Shown: positions 1 to 8,899 of the stretch, in pieces | Position numbering within the stretch: the stretch's first letter is position 1 | How the letters are laid out: each line of letters opens with the position of its first letter | DNA from: Geosiphon pyriformis uo1 | Lineage: Eukaryota > Fungi > Glomeromycota | Direction: 5' to 3' | Assembly (NCBI GenBank): GCA_016748015.1 | Contig: JAAOMT010000587.1 | Span: 10,083-23,238 of the forward strand | Length of the DNA: 13,156 nt | The notes under the pieces: generated by a model | Databases searched by the model: none | What the model was told of the DNA's origin: nothing | Seen by the model: only the letters and a program-made list of their open reading frames with translations | Program-made: the position numbers and the translations under genes

Positions 1-6
1 TTTGGA

Positions 7-1556
7 ATGGATGAGAACATGATTCACCTCCCTCTCTCTCTCAATATTTCTCTTGAAAAAAGATGGATTGATCTTAAAGTAGTAAAAACTCAAGTTGAAG
101 TGCCCATCAAAAAATTCTTTGCCTTAGATATCAATCTTTCTGCTATAAAAGGGAAATCAGTAACAGTAAAGACTCAGTTCATTAGGAAATTTTTTTTTTT
201 AGTCAATGGTTTTGGGGAAGTCACTACCTCCTCAAAACTTGAAAAGATCATCTGATCTACATTTACTTATGACAAAAGCTTGATTAAAGCTATATCATTG
301 ACCAGAGAGAAGAAGATCATCATTAACAGCGATCTCAAGAAACAAAAAATTTGCTCAAATCAGGCTGTAGTCATCAAAAAAATTTCCATGGACACACCAA
401 AGGAAATGATTGTCGCTGCTCTAGCTGAGTTTGGCAAAATTAAGTCGATCAAAATCCAACTTATTGGATTGTGGCAAAAAGCTATGGTAGAATTTGCTAA
501 AATAGGTCAGGCTGTACAATTGGCTGCTAAATGGTCTTTTTTGATTGGAAAAAATTCTGTGTGAGTGGCTATAACTATAAGAGATTGTGAAACATGAGCA
601 TCAAGAGACTGATTCAGGACTTTGTTATTTACTTTGTCTGTAGAAACAACTGCTCATGATTTGAGCATTTTTTTGAAAGGAGCTGGTGGGAAAACTTGTA
701 TCATAAATTGTTCATTGGATTCTGGCAATAGAATTTGCTATGCTGTGGTTGGCTTCGAGTTTGAGAATGTAATGGAATCTGCTTATTGCACTAAGCTGAT
801 ATTTGGTGGTGTCAAATTTTCTTGAACTAGACTGGATTTGGTTTGTTGTGAGAGATGTGAGTTTCTTGGTCATTCTGCTTTAGAATGTGGTGCACCACTT
901 GCATTCACTCCTAAGTTTTCAAAGATTGTTAAAAAAGTTACCTCAGTGGAACATTGTCTTTGGCTAGCCAAGTTGTATGCAAAGAAAACTGTCCTTATCT
1001 CCCATCCTGCCACTTTTGGTGGCAAGTTGTAAATGCAGATCATGTTACTCAATTCTTCTTCTGATAGTTCTGCATTTTGCATGGTTTCTTTGGTGTCTTT
1101 TGGTAATAGTTTGTTTTCTAGTACTAGGATTTTTTCAGTGATCTCTGCTCTCCCTGATGACTCTGCTTTACATAACCATTTATCTTCTTTGGAGTGCTTT
1201 TTAGAGCTTTTGACAGACCAAGTTTCTGATATTTTGAGAAAGCTGAGCAATGTTGAATTAGTGCCTCTGGCATCTTTGCCTCTTGTCTCTCCTCCTATAG
1301 CTTCTACATCCTTGGCGGTGGACATAGATTTGGATATAACTTTGAATGATGCTTTGATTCATTTTATTCCTCTTTCCGTAGTTGTTACTAATACGGTTGC
1401 TGATATTAGCTTAACAGTTCTAAGATTTTAACCACCAAGGTGGAAGGTTTGAAATCCAAGATGGTAGCTCTAGAAGTGTCAGTTAAGTCAGTCTTAGAGA
1501 GATTGAATTACTTGTGTTCTGACTTGAATTTGTTTGTTCCTTCTACTTTTCAATGA
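7..1556 (+). pseudogene. LINE ORF1 (nucleic-acid-binding protein: RRM-like folds, CCHC zinc knuckle, C-terminal coiled-coil-like segments), decayed
   Basis: ORFs at 7, 280, 622, 838 and 1033 share one frame, separated by point stops (TGA 253, 562, 595, 610, 823; TAA 1030). Motifs include AVVIKKISMDTPKEMIVAALAEFGKIKSIKIQ...KAMVEF (RRM-like) and CERCEFLGHSALEC (CX2CX4HX4C). After a frameshift near 1410-1430 it reads TTKVEGLKSKMVALEVSVKSVLERLNYLC...PSTFQ* with the stop at 1554-1556. Confidence 0.85.
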
Positions 1557-1998
1557 GTAATTTAGTTTGGAAATTTGCTACATGTAATAATAGAGGTATA
1601 AATGTTCCTGCAAAGCAGGAAGACATTGTTTGTTGGCATAAAGAATTAGGAAATATGGTTTCAATTGTTACAGAAACCAAATTAAGATCTAATATTAGAT
1701 CTTGGATTATGAATAAGTTTGATGGAATTCGGATTTTTATTTCTGGTTTGGGTGTGGGTTTTTTTGGTACTGGAGTTGCCATTATTATGAACAGTTTTTT
1801 GGCTTGGCATGTTTCAAAAGTAAACAAAATTCCTGGTCAGCTGATTTCTGTTCATTTTTTATTTAAAGACAAGCTTTTGGTTACAATTTTGGGCCTGTAT
1901 ACTGGTGCTTCTGTTAATACACATTTTAGCCAAGCTTCTTTTATCAACTTCTTGATCTTTAAAGCAGCTAATTCTAGCTCATTTACAGTCATTGGTGG
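1553..1998 (+). pseudogene. LINE ORF2 N-terminus, apurinic-like (APE/EEP) endonuclease, truncated
   Basis: EEP motifs occur in order: ATCNNRG, VTETKL, GTGVAII, LGLY, VIGG. The sequence breaks just before the expected (G)DFN. Residues of the 172-aa ORF beyond 1998 are LTR read-through. Confidence 0.88.
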
Positions 1999-2175
1999 TG
2001 TTACTAGAGGTTTTTGGTCTCTTTTTTTGAATGTTGTAAATGTCTGTTGGTTGCAAATTTACGTTTTCTAGAAGTAGTTGAACCTCCAATAACTGAATTT
2101 ATCTTCAGATTATCTCCTATAATTTGAACTGCTGGGCTTATAAATAGAATGGCCAATTCAGTGCCAGTTACTTTA

Positions 2176-2298
2176 TGTAGTTATATTGTAGTAAACGTCA
2201 ACTCTTTCTCAGAAATTGCTTGTCTAGAAGCTCACTAAAAATGTGTAGTTACTTTGCTGTAAAAGTCAACTCTTCTACAAGAATCTTGTCTGTAGGCT
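2176..2298. repeat. Degenerate tandem duplication (period about 68 bp) within the LTR
   Basis: TGTAGTTATATTGTAGTAAACGTCAACTCTTTCTCAGAAATTGCTTGTCTAGAAGCT versus TGTAGTTACTTTGCTGTAAAAGTCAACTCTTCTACAAGAATCTTGTCTGTAGGCT. Also present in the second LTR (about 6106-6227). Confidence 0.7.
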
Positions 2299-2591
2299 AC
2301 CCTAATAATTATAGTAAAAAAATAAAAAAAAATAAAAGAAATATAAAAGAAATTGAATTCTGTCAAGAGAAACATTTTCTATTCAAACCTGAAGTTACTA
2401 ACAGTTTACTGAAATTGGTAGCTAATCAATTTTAGAACATTAGTTGGGTTTTGAGGATTTTTCAAATGCAATAATTAAAGAATTTGGTTTTTCGAATTTG
2501 TTTGATATTTATTTCTCTTTTGTATATGTAGAAATGATTCTAAGTGATAAATCTAAAATAAGATACATTTTCTCAAAGAGAGAAGCTCTTC

Positions 2592-2598
2592 TTTTATA
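2592..2598 (-). promoter_or_regulatory. Candidate LTR TATA box
   Basis: TATAAAA on -, about 50 bp downstream of the 20-bp array. Conserved at the homologous position in the second LTR (6507-6513). Confidence 0.4.
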
Positions 2599-2648
2599 CA
2601 ACTTGTTGTAACACTATTCTATAAACTTGAATTTTGCTCTTTTCTACA

Positions 2649-2769
2649 ATTTCGCTGAACTAAAGATACATTTTGGTGAACTACAAGTTATTTCTGCGAA
2701 CTATTAGATATTTCGGTGAACTATCAATTATTTTGGCAAATTTCTTCAAATTTTAGCGAACTTTTTGAA
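2649..2769. repeat. Six-unit tandem array with a 20-bp period inside the LTR
   Basis: Units start at 2649, 2670, 2690, 2710, 2730 and 2750: ATTTCGCTGAACT, ATTTTGGTGAACT, ATTTCTGCGAACT, ATTTCGGTGAACT, ATTTTGGCAAATT, ATTTTAGCGAACT, each followed by a variable 7-8 bp. Confidence 0.85.
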
Positions 2770-2979
2770 TGTTACATAGTTTGGGGTATTACATGATTGA
2801 TCATTACAATTAGGTTATATTTGTGTTATGTACAAATTGAATTATTAATTAAATGATAATTTCGGACATTTTGCTAATATACTAAGTAATAATTTAAAAC
2901 AATAATATATGTTAATTAATGATAGGAATTATAAAGATAATTTCATGCTAAATAATATCTCTAATTTCGTTTGGTAACA

Positions 2980-3026
2980 ATGCTCCTAATGTTACAAGTA
3001 GCAATTTTTCAAATAAGACCATTCAT
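2980..3026 (-). pseudogene. First 15 codons of LINE ORF2 (APE endonuclease)
   Basis: Minus strand reads MNGLI*KIATCNIRS, matching copy A MSNLVWKFATCNNRG, then runs into the LTR end. Confidence 0.85.
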
Positions 3027-4828
3027 TGGAATGGAGGTTGTGGAAGCACACTATCAGCCAGAACCAAATCATTAAAATGAGCAGACAAACTCAGCACCAA
3101 AGCAGCAAGGCCTTCCAACATATTTTCTAACTTGGCAACATAGAGGGATGCAAATGAGTCCCTTACTGAAGCAGTAGCAGTCCTATCACTGGTGGTCTTA
3201 CTCAAACCCACTCCCATCATTATATCCTTCTCTTGATTCTGTGATGGAGGAGTCACTGGCAACTAACATCCAGGGTTAGGCTGAGGAACTGCCAGCACAA
3301 GTGAATCCAACCTCTTAGCCAACTCATTAATTTGTCTTACAAGGCTGATGAGACTGCTTTCAATATTTGTCAAATACATATCCAAATTCTTCGCAACAGA
3401 AGGGAGAGGTTTTCCAACTTTGTCAGAACCAAAAAGTGAACCAGCACTATGAGAATTGTGTATAGGAGAAACACCAACCACTGACATCCAAGTCTTACCA
3501 CTGAAGGCCAATGGATGAGAAATAGGCACGGATTTCCTTGCATAGATAGTCACTAATCTGACCTGATCCTGAGCAAAAAGAGGAGTCTTTCTGCCCTTCA
3601 GAGTTGAACCAACCTTAACCAAAACACAATTGAGAGATATATGACCAGGAATCCTGCAGACTGAGCACAGCACCAAAAAGAGGCGAGACCAGCAGAGACC
3701 AATTCTTTTTATAACTGGGGTTGCAGCCATTGCACTAACCAGATCAGATTCAGACCCAAAGCAAACAGTGGCACAGCGGGCACAGATGTAGCTTACAGAA
3801 TTATGATCAATGACACATGTTTTTTCACCAACTAAACCAACGAAATCCCAAAGATCATGAGCATTTGTTCCCACAGAAAGAGTATAGAGCAGCGCCCTGA
3901 ATTCATCCCTGAAATTTTATGTCTGTTTGTCAACATCAGCTCTGGCCACACATACTGCATTCTTTCCAATGAAGATAGACCATTTGGATGCCAAGAGATC
4001 AGCCTGATTCTGATCTTCCAATTTAACAATCGCTTTTTGCCACAGACTCACCAGCTGTATCTTAATTGACTTAATCAATCTAAACTTGGAAATGGCAGCA
4101 CGCACAGCCTCCATGGAAGTTCTCACAGAAATTTTTTTCATCACAATTGCCCGATTTGTATGATTGTTGTTTGAGTGATTTAGATCGGTGTTTATTACAA
4201 TATTACGATCATTTGCCAATTTCCCAACAGTTATCATTGCCTTTTTTGAAGTGAAAGTAGCCCATATGATTTCACCAAATTTTGAGGAGGTAGAAGCCTC
4301 CCCAAAACCATTCACACCAGAAAATAATTTTCTGACAAAACTTAATTTCTCTTGAGAAGACTTCTCAGTAATGATCACAAAATCAATATCTAAAGCAAAA
4401 GACTTGCAAACAGACACTTAAATGGATAGTTTGATATGAAGAGGGGACAGGAGAAGGAAGAAATCATCCAAAACATCATTACCTGCATTGACAGTATTAT
4501 AATCAATCACATCCAGTGGCTTTTTCAATACTTTTTTGGTCTTTATATGCAAACTTTTTGGTGTTTGATTAGGATCCTCTTTCATGAAAGTACTACTTTC
4601 ACCATAGTCAACACTAGTTTTTTCAATCAAGCACTCTTCTTCAATGTCAATACTCTCAGACTCAGTAGTGTCACCAATCTCAAAACCTCATGAACAAGCA
4701 CCAGGAGCTTCAGCAGCAACCCCACTATTATCAATACTCTCTTCCAATACATCTCCCTTTCTCTTCTTCCTTAATACAACAGCTTTGAAACCACTATCAG
4801 AACCAGTACTTTTAAGAATCTTCTTTAT
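3023..4828 (-). pseudogene. LINE ORF1, near full length (about 600 codons), single frame with premature stops
   Basis: ORFs 4418-4630, 3917-4417, 3263-3874 and 3023-3262 are all in the same frame, broken only by point stops. It has a basic N-terminal RKKRK patch and the knuckle CSVCRIPGHISLNC. The start is uncertain (ATA at 4828 may be a mutated ATG). Confidence 0.85.
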
Positions 4829-4964
4829 AACAACAATAACAGGGCCAACAGTGGCCTCGTAATTGAAAAATGATTTTAATTTATCATACTGAATGGTAAA
4901 AAACTTCTTTTAAAAAAACTTTTAACTCTTTATTGGGAATTTTAGATGAAGGAAAAAAAGAAGT

Positions 4965-5800
4965 TGTTTTACTATAGACAAGTTCAAATAGTGTTGCTTG
5001 TATAATATTTTGCTTCATTGTCTGATAAGCAAATAATATTGATAATATAAATAAGTTCTATTTATTCTGGTTTTTTTGGCTAATTTTGGCTATTGCTTTA
5101 CACAATATTTTGTTGAATTTTTTAAATAAGCCATTGGTTTATGAATAATATAATAAAAATAATAGTCTTTTGATTCCAAATCTTTGACTTAATTTTGTAA
5201 ATAGTCTGTTTACAAAGTGGGTTTTTTAATTTGATGATAATTCTTTTAGACATCTATGTCAACAAATTAAATCTTGGTGTATAAATTTGGTAATAGATTC
5301 TGCATCTGCTCTTTGAATTGTTTTAGTTTCTGGGTATTTTGTAAAATAGTCTATGACTACTGTTATATAATAATTGTTTTTACTGATTATTATTAATAGT
5401 TTAACTAAGTTAATTCTAATTTAATTAAATAGTTGTTCTATTTTAATTGGTCTTAATGATTTACTGAATTTTGTTCTTTTTTTTTTCTAATAAACATAAT
5501 AATTTTAAACATATTAGATAATATTTGAATATATTCATGGCCAATAATATTTTTTTTTGGTTCTTTTTATGGTTGTTTCTTTATAAAAATGTTTTACTGT
5601 TGAATCTGTATACATATTAAACAATATTGTTTCTTTTTTTGTTCTGTTTTTTCGATATAATATATCTTAATAAATAATAAAATATTTTGATTGTTGTTTT
5701 ATGTGATTTTGTTTTTTTTGAGATAATTTTTTATTAAATTGTTGAGTATTGATATAATATTAGAGTTGTTAATATTTTTGTGTATTTATTTTTTGTTATA
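4965..5800 (-). pseudogene. Gypsy integrase (HHCC zinc-binding region and DDE core), decayed
   Basis: Manual translation: MYTDSTVKHFY...YYWP*I...NYYVY* (eroded HHCC), LFN*IRINLVKLL, VVIDYFTKYPE, LIC*HRCLKELSSN*KTHF, YYS*TNGLFKKFNKIL, LFAYQT...TLFELVYSK. Confidence 0.9.
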
Positions 5801-5829
5801 TTTTTGGGTTTGAAATATTTTTAGATTTG

Positions 5830-5928
5830 TTTTATTTGCAATAAACCATCAGTATTTTCATTTTTTTTTCTTTTTTATAATATACAATATAATTAAATAG
5901 TAATAGTTTTATTTTTCATTTTACATGA
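5830..5928 (-). pseudogene. Gypsy RNase H C-terminal part
   Basis: HVK*KIKLLLFNYIVYYKKEK/KNENTDGLLQI corresponds to the canonical RW...L..F...I.Y..GK.N..ADALSR. Confidence 0.8.
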
Positions 5929-6557
5929 TATTACTGGAGGTTTTTGGTCTCTTTTTTTGAGTGTTATTAATGCTTATTGGTTGTGAATTTACGTTTTCTG
6001 GAAGTAGTTGGACCTCTGATAACTGAATTTATCTTTAAATTATCTTTTATAATTTAAACTGCTGGACTTATAAGTAGAATGGCCAATTTCGTGCCAGTTA
6101 CTTTGTGTAGTTACATTGTAGTAAACATTAACTTTTTTCCAGAAATTGCTTGTCTAGAAGCTCACTAAAATATGTAGTTACTTTGCTGTAAAAGTCAACT
6201 TTTTTACAGGAATCTTGTCTGTAGGCTATTTTAATAATTATAATAAGAAAAGTAAAAAAAAATAAACAAAATGTAAAAGAAATAGAATTTTGTCAAGAGA
6301 AACGTTTTTTATCCAGGCCTGAAGTTACTAACAGCAATTTCAAAATGTCAGTTGTGTTGAGAAAATTTCAAGTGTAATAATTAAAGGATTTGATTTTCGA
6401 ATATTTAATTTTTATTTGTTATATGTAAAAGGTGATTTGTTTTAATTAAGATATCTAAAGTAAGATACTATGGTAAAATACATTTTTTTGAAGAAAGAAG
6501 CTCTTTTTTTATAAAAATTGTTGTAGTACTAGTCTTTGAACTTGCACTTTTTTTTTT
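5929..6557 (-). mobile_element. Second copy of the LTR (probably solo), inserted in Gypsy RNase H; right end hidden in the N gap
   Basis: Colinear with 1999 onward at offset 3930 (TATTACTGGAGG versus TGTTACTAGAGG). Hand count gives about 30 differences over the first 242 bp (about 88% identity). Confidence 0.9.
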
Positions 6558-6993
6558 NNNNNNNNNNNNNNNNNNNNNNNNNNNNNNNNNNNNNNNNNNN
6601 NNNNNNNNNNNNNNNNNNNNNNNNNNNNNNNNNNNNNNNNNNNNNNNNNNNNNNNNNNNNNNNNNNNNNNNNNNNNNNNNNNNNNNNNNNNNNNNNNNNN
6701 NNNNNNNNNNNNNNNNNNNNNNNNNNNNNNNNNNNNNNNNNNNNNNNNNNNNNNNNNNNNNNNNNNNNNNNNNNNNNNNNNNNNNNNNNNNNNNNNNNNN
6801 NNNNNNNNNNNNNNNNNNNNNNNNNNNNNNNNNNNNNNNNNNNNNNNNNNNNNNNNNNNNNNNNNNNNNNNNNNNNNNNNNNNNNNNNNNNNNNNNNNNN
6901 NNNNNNNNNNNNNNNNNNNNNNNNNNNNNNNNNNNNNNNNNNNNNNNNNNNNNNNNNNNNNNNNNNNNNNNNNNNNNNNNNNNNNNNNNNNNN
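6558..6993. other. Assembly gap (436 N)
   Basis: Run of N. Confidence 1.
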
Positions 6994-7768
6994 ATAGTAA
7001 TCATCTCCAAATTTTTGCTTCTGGATTAATGTCAATTCTTTGTAATTAGTGTACACATTAAATTTTTGACTTAAATATGCTTTTCATTTCATGACAGCCT
7101 AATAGATAACTAAGTGTTTTAATGCTAGAGTTTTATAGTTTTTCTCAGCTGGACTTAAACTTTGGCTTACATATGCCATTAGATATTCTTGTCTATTTGA
7201 TTTTTTTTAAAAACAGTATGGTTTCTAATACTTAACCAAATACATTAATAGTAATGATAAATGGTTTGTTATGATCTGAATAAATCAGTATTAAAGCTTA
7301 AATAAGCTTTCTTCTTAATATATCAAAAGCTTTTTGTTGGGTTTTAATTTATTTATATTTAATATTCTTGAACTAGTAAAGTGGTTAAGCCAGTTTGAAA
7401 TTTTGGATAAAATGGTAATAATATTCAACAAATCCCAAGAATGCTTTTAGTTTGTTAAATTTGTTGGTACTAGAAAGTTTTTAATTATTTCAATTTTGTC
7501 TGGGTTTGTTTTGATGCCATTTTTGCTTATAACATATTCCAAAAACTTGAGTTTAGTTTTTTTAAAGAAGCATTTAATTGTATTCAATTTTAATTTAGCT
7601 TTTTTTAATCTTTTAAATATCTGTTAAAGATGATAAAAATGATTATTAAATGTTTCTGAGAACACATTAATATTATTTAAGTAGACTATTATTAACTTCC
7701 ATAGTAATCTAGTTAAACAATTTCTATAAGTTATTGGAAAGTGGTTGGAGTATTAATTAAGCCAAAAA
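6994..7768 (-). pseudogene. Gypsy reverse transcriptase (C-terminal half) and RNase H, decayed
   Basis: FGLINTPTTFQ; VYLNNINVFS (YLDD to YLNN, 7672-7683); KLNTIKCFF; KFLEYVISKNGIKTNPDKI; FLGFVEYYYHFIQNF; KPFIITINVFG; AYVSQSLSPAEKNY; KFNVYTNYK. Confidence 0.93.
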
Positions 7769-8531
7769 NNNNNNNNNNNNNNNNNNNNNNNNNNNNNNNN
7801 NNNNNNNNNNNNNNNNNNNNNNNNNNNNNNNNNNNNNNNNNNNNNNNNNNNNNNNNNNNNNNNNNNNNNNNNNNNNNNNNNNNNNNNNNNNNNNNNNNNN
7901 NNNNNNNNNNNNNNNNNNNNNNNNNNNNNNNNNNNNNNNNNNNNNNNNNNNNNNNNNNNNNNNNNNNNNNNNNNNNNNNNNNNNNNNNNNNNNNNNNNNN
8001 NNNNNNNNNNNNNNNNNNNNNNNNNNNNNNNNNNNNNNNNNNNNNNNNNNNNNNNNNNNNNNNNNNNNNNNNNNNNNNNNNNNNNNNNNNNNNNNNNNNN
8101 NNNNNNNNNNNNNNNNNNNNNNNNNNNNNNNNNNNNNNNNNNNNNNNNNNNNNNNNNNNNNNNNNNNNNNNNNNNNNNNNNNNNNNNNNNNNNNNNNNNN
8201 NNNNNNNNNNNNNNNNNNNNNNNNNNNNNNNNNNNNNNNNNNNNNNNNNNNNNNNNNNNNNNNNNNNNNNNNNNNNNNNNNNNNNNNNNNNNNNNNNNNN
8301 NNNNNNNNNNNNNNNNNNNNNNNNNNNNNNNNNNNNNNNNNNNNNNNNNNNNNNNNNNNNNNNNNNNNNNNNNNNNNNNNNNNNNNNNNNNNNNNNNNNN
8401 NNNNNNNNNNNNNNNNNNNNNNNNNNNNNNNNNNNNNNNNNNNNNNNNNNNNNNNNNNNNNNNNNNNNNNNNNNNNNNNNNNNNNNNNNNNNNNNNNNNN
8501 NNNNNNNNNNNNNNNNNNNNNNNNNNNNNNN
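7769..8531. other. Assembly gap (763 N)
   Basis: Run of N. The size is compatible with the dUTPase tail plus the RT N-terminal half. Confidence 1.
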
Positions 8532-8890
8532 TTTTTTTTGCTGTAATTCCTAACTTTTCTCTTATTTTCACTAACACTAATTAAGTTATTTTAGCCAGAG
8601 ACAAAAATATTGTCTGTGCTATTTTTTTATTTGATTTAATTATGTATTTTTTTTCTGAATTATTTTGTAGTATTACAATAATATTTTCTATATATTCTGT
8701 ATCAATTATATTTTCTTTAATATTAATTCTTTTTTTTGCTTAACTAGATCTAAAGACTAGTTAGACTATTGTTGTTGTCAGAATTTTCAGTGCTAGTTTC
8801 AGATCTATACTGGTACACAAATAAAGTTCCAATCAAATACCAGTTTTTTCTGAATATTTAAGATCAAACTCTGGTATTATGTATGCATTT
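8532..8890 (-). pseudogene. Trimeric dUTPase domain within the Gypsy polyprotein, decayed
   Basis: One frame reads EFDLKYSEKTGI*LELYLCTSIDLKLALKILTTTIV*LVFRSS*AKKRINIKENIIDTEYIENIIVILQNNSEKKYIIKSNKKIAQTIFLSLAKIT*LVLVKIREKLGITAK. Motifs I (GFDL), II (RSS.A), III (GIIDxGYxG) and IV (KIAQ) are at canonical spacing, and motif V runs into the gap. Confidence 0.88.
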
Positions 8891-8899
8891 TAATATAAT

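Larger units (their letters stand above)
1..1998 (+). mobile_element. Non-LTR (LINE-type, APE-endonuclease) retrotransposon copy A; 5' end lies outside the window, 3' part cut off by an LTR
   Basis: ORF1-like region followed directly by an APE endonuclease N-terminus, and homologous to the copy at 2980-4964. Coding sequence stops at the TGTTAC LTR start (1999). Confidence 0.9.
1999..2979 (-). mobile_element. Solo LTR (981 bp) of an LTR retrotransposon, probably recombinant
   Basis: TG...CA ends with a 6-bp terminal inverted repeat, TGTTAC (1999-2004) and GTAACA (2974-2979). Both ends coincide exactly with breaks in LINE coding sequence, and a second copy starts at 5929. Minus orientation is inferred from TATAAAA on - and the upstream repeat array. 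Confidence 0.85.
2980..4964 (-). mobile_element. Non-LTR (LINE-type) retrotransposon copy B; 5' region retained, truncated by the LTR 15 codons into ORF2
   Basis: ORF1 is homologous to copy A (FALDI..., VNGFGE.STSSK, IKSIKIQL..LWQKA, KWS..IGKN.V, AHDL..F....G.KTC.I, CCHC). The 5' junction with the Gypsy integrase is at about 4960-4968 (approximate). Confidence 0.88.

Noticed and set aside
2649-2769. CRISPR-like repeat/spacer pattern
   Set aside because: Cores of 13 bp and spacers of 7-8 bp are far too short, the repeats are degenerate, there are no cas genes, and the array sits inside a eukaryotic LTR.
870-4862. ORFs 870-1325(-), 1543-1827(-), 3832-4029(-), 3857-4069(+), 4436-4693(+), 4644-4862(+) and 2220-2435(+)
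   Set aside because: They are antisense or off-frame shadows of LINE ORFs, or chance ORFs in the LTR, with no recognisable motifs.
1-4964. LINE A and LINE B as arms of a large inverted repeat or DNA transposon
   Set aside because: They are homologous mainly at protein level and break at different ORF2 positions, so they are two separate subfamily copies.
1999-6557. The two LTR copies as paired LTRs of one element enclosing 2980-5928
   Set aside because: Each LTR end interrupts a different coding sequence mid-domain, I see no PBS/PPT inside, and the RNase H rejoins across the second copy. They are independent insertions.
6468-8577. Long ORFs 6468-7010, 6529-7056, 6536-6997, 7741-8553 and 7753-8577
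   Set aside because: These are artefacts of N runs; only their short real ends are informative.
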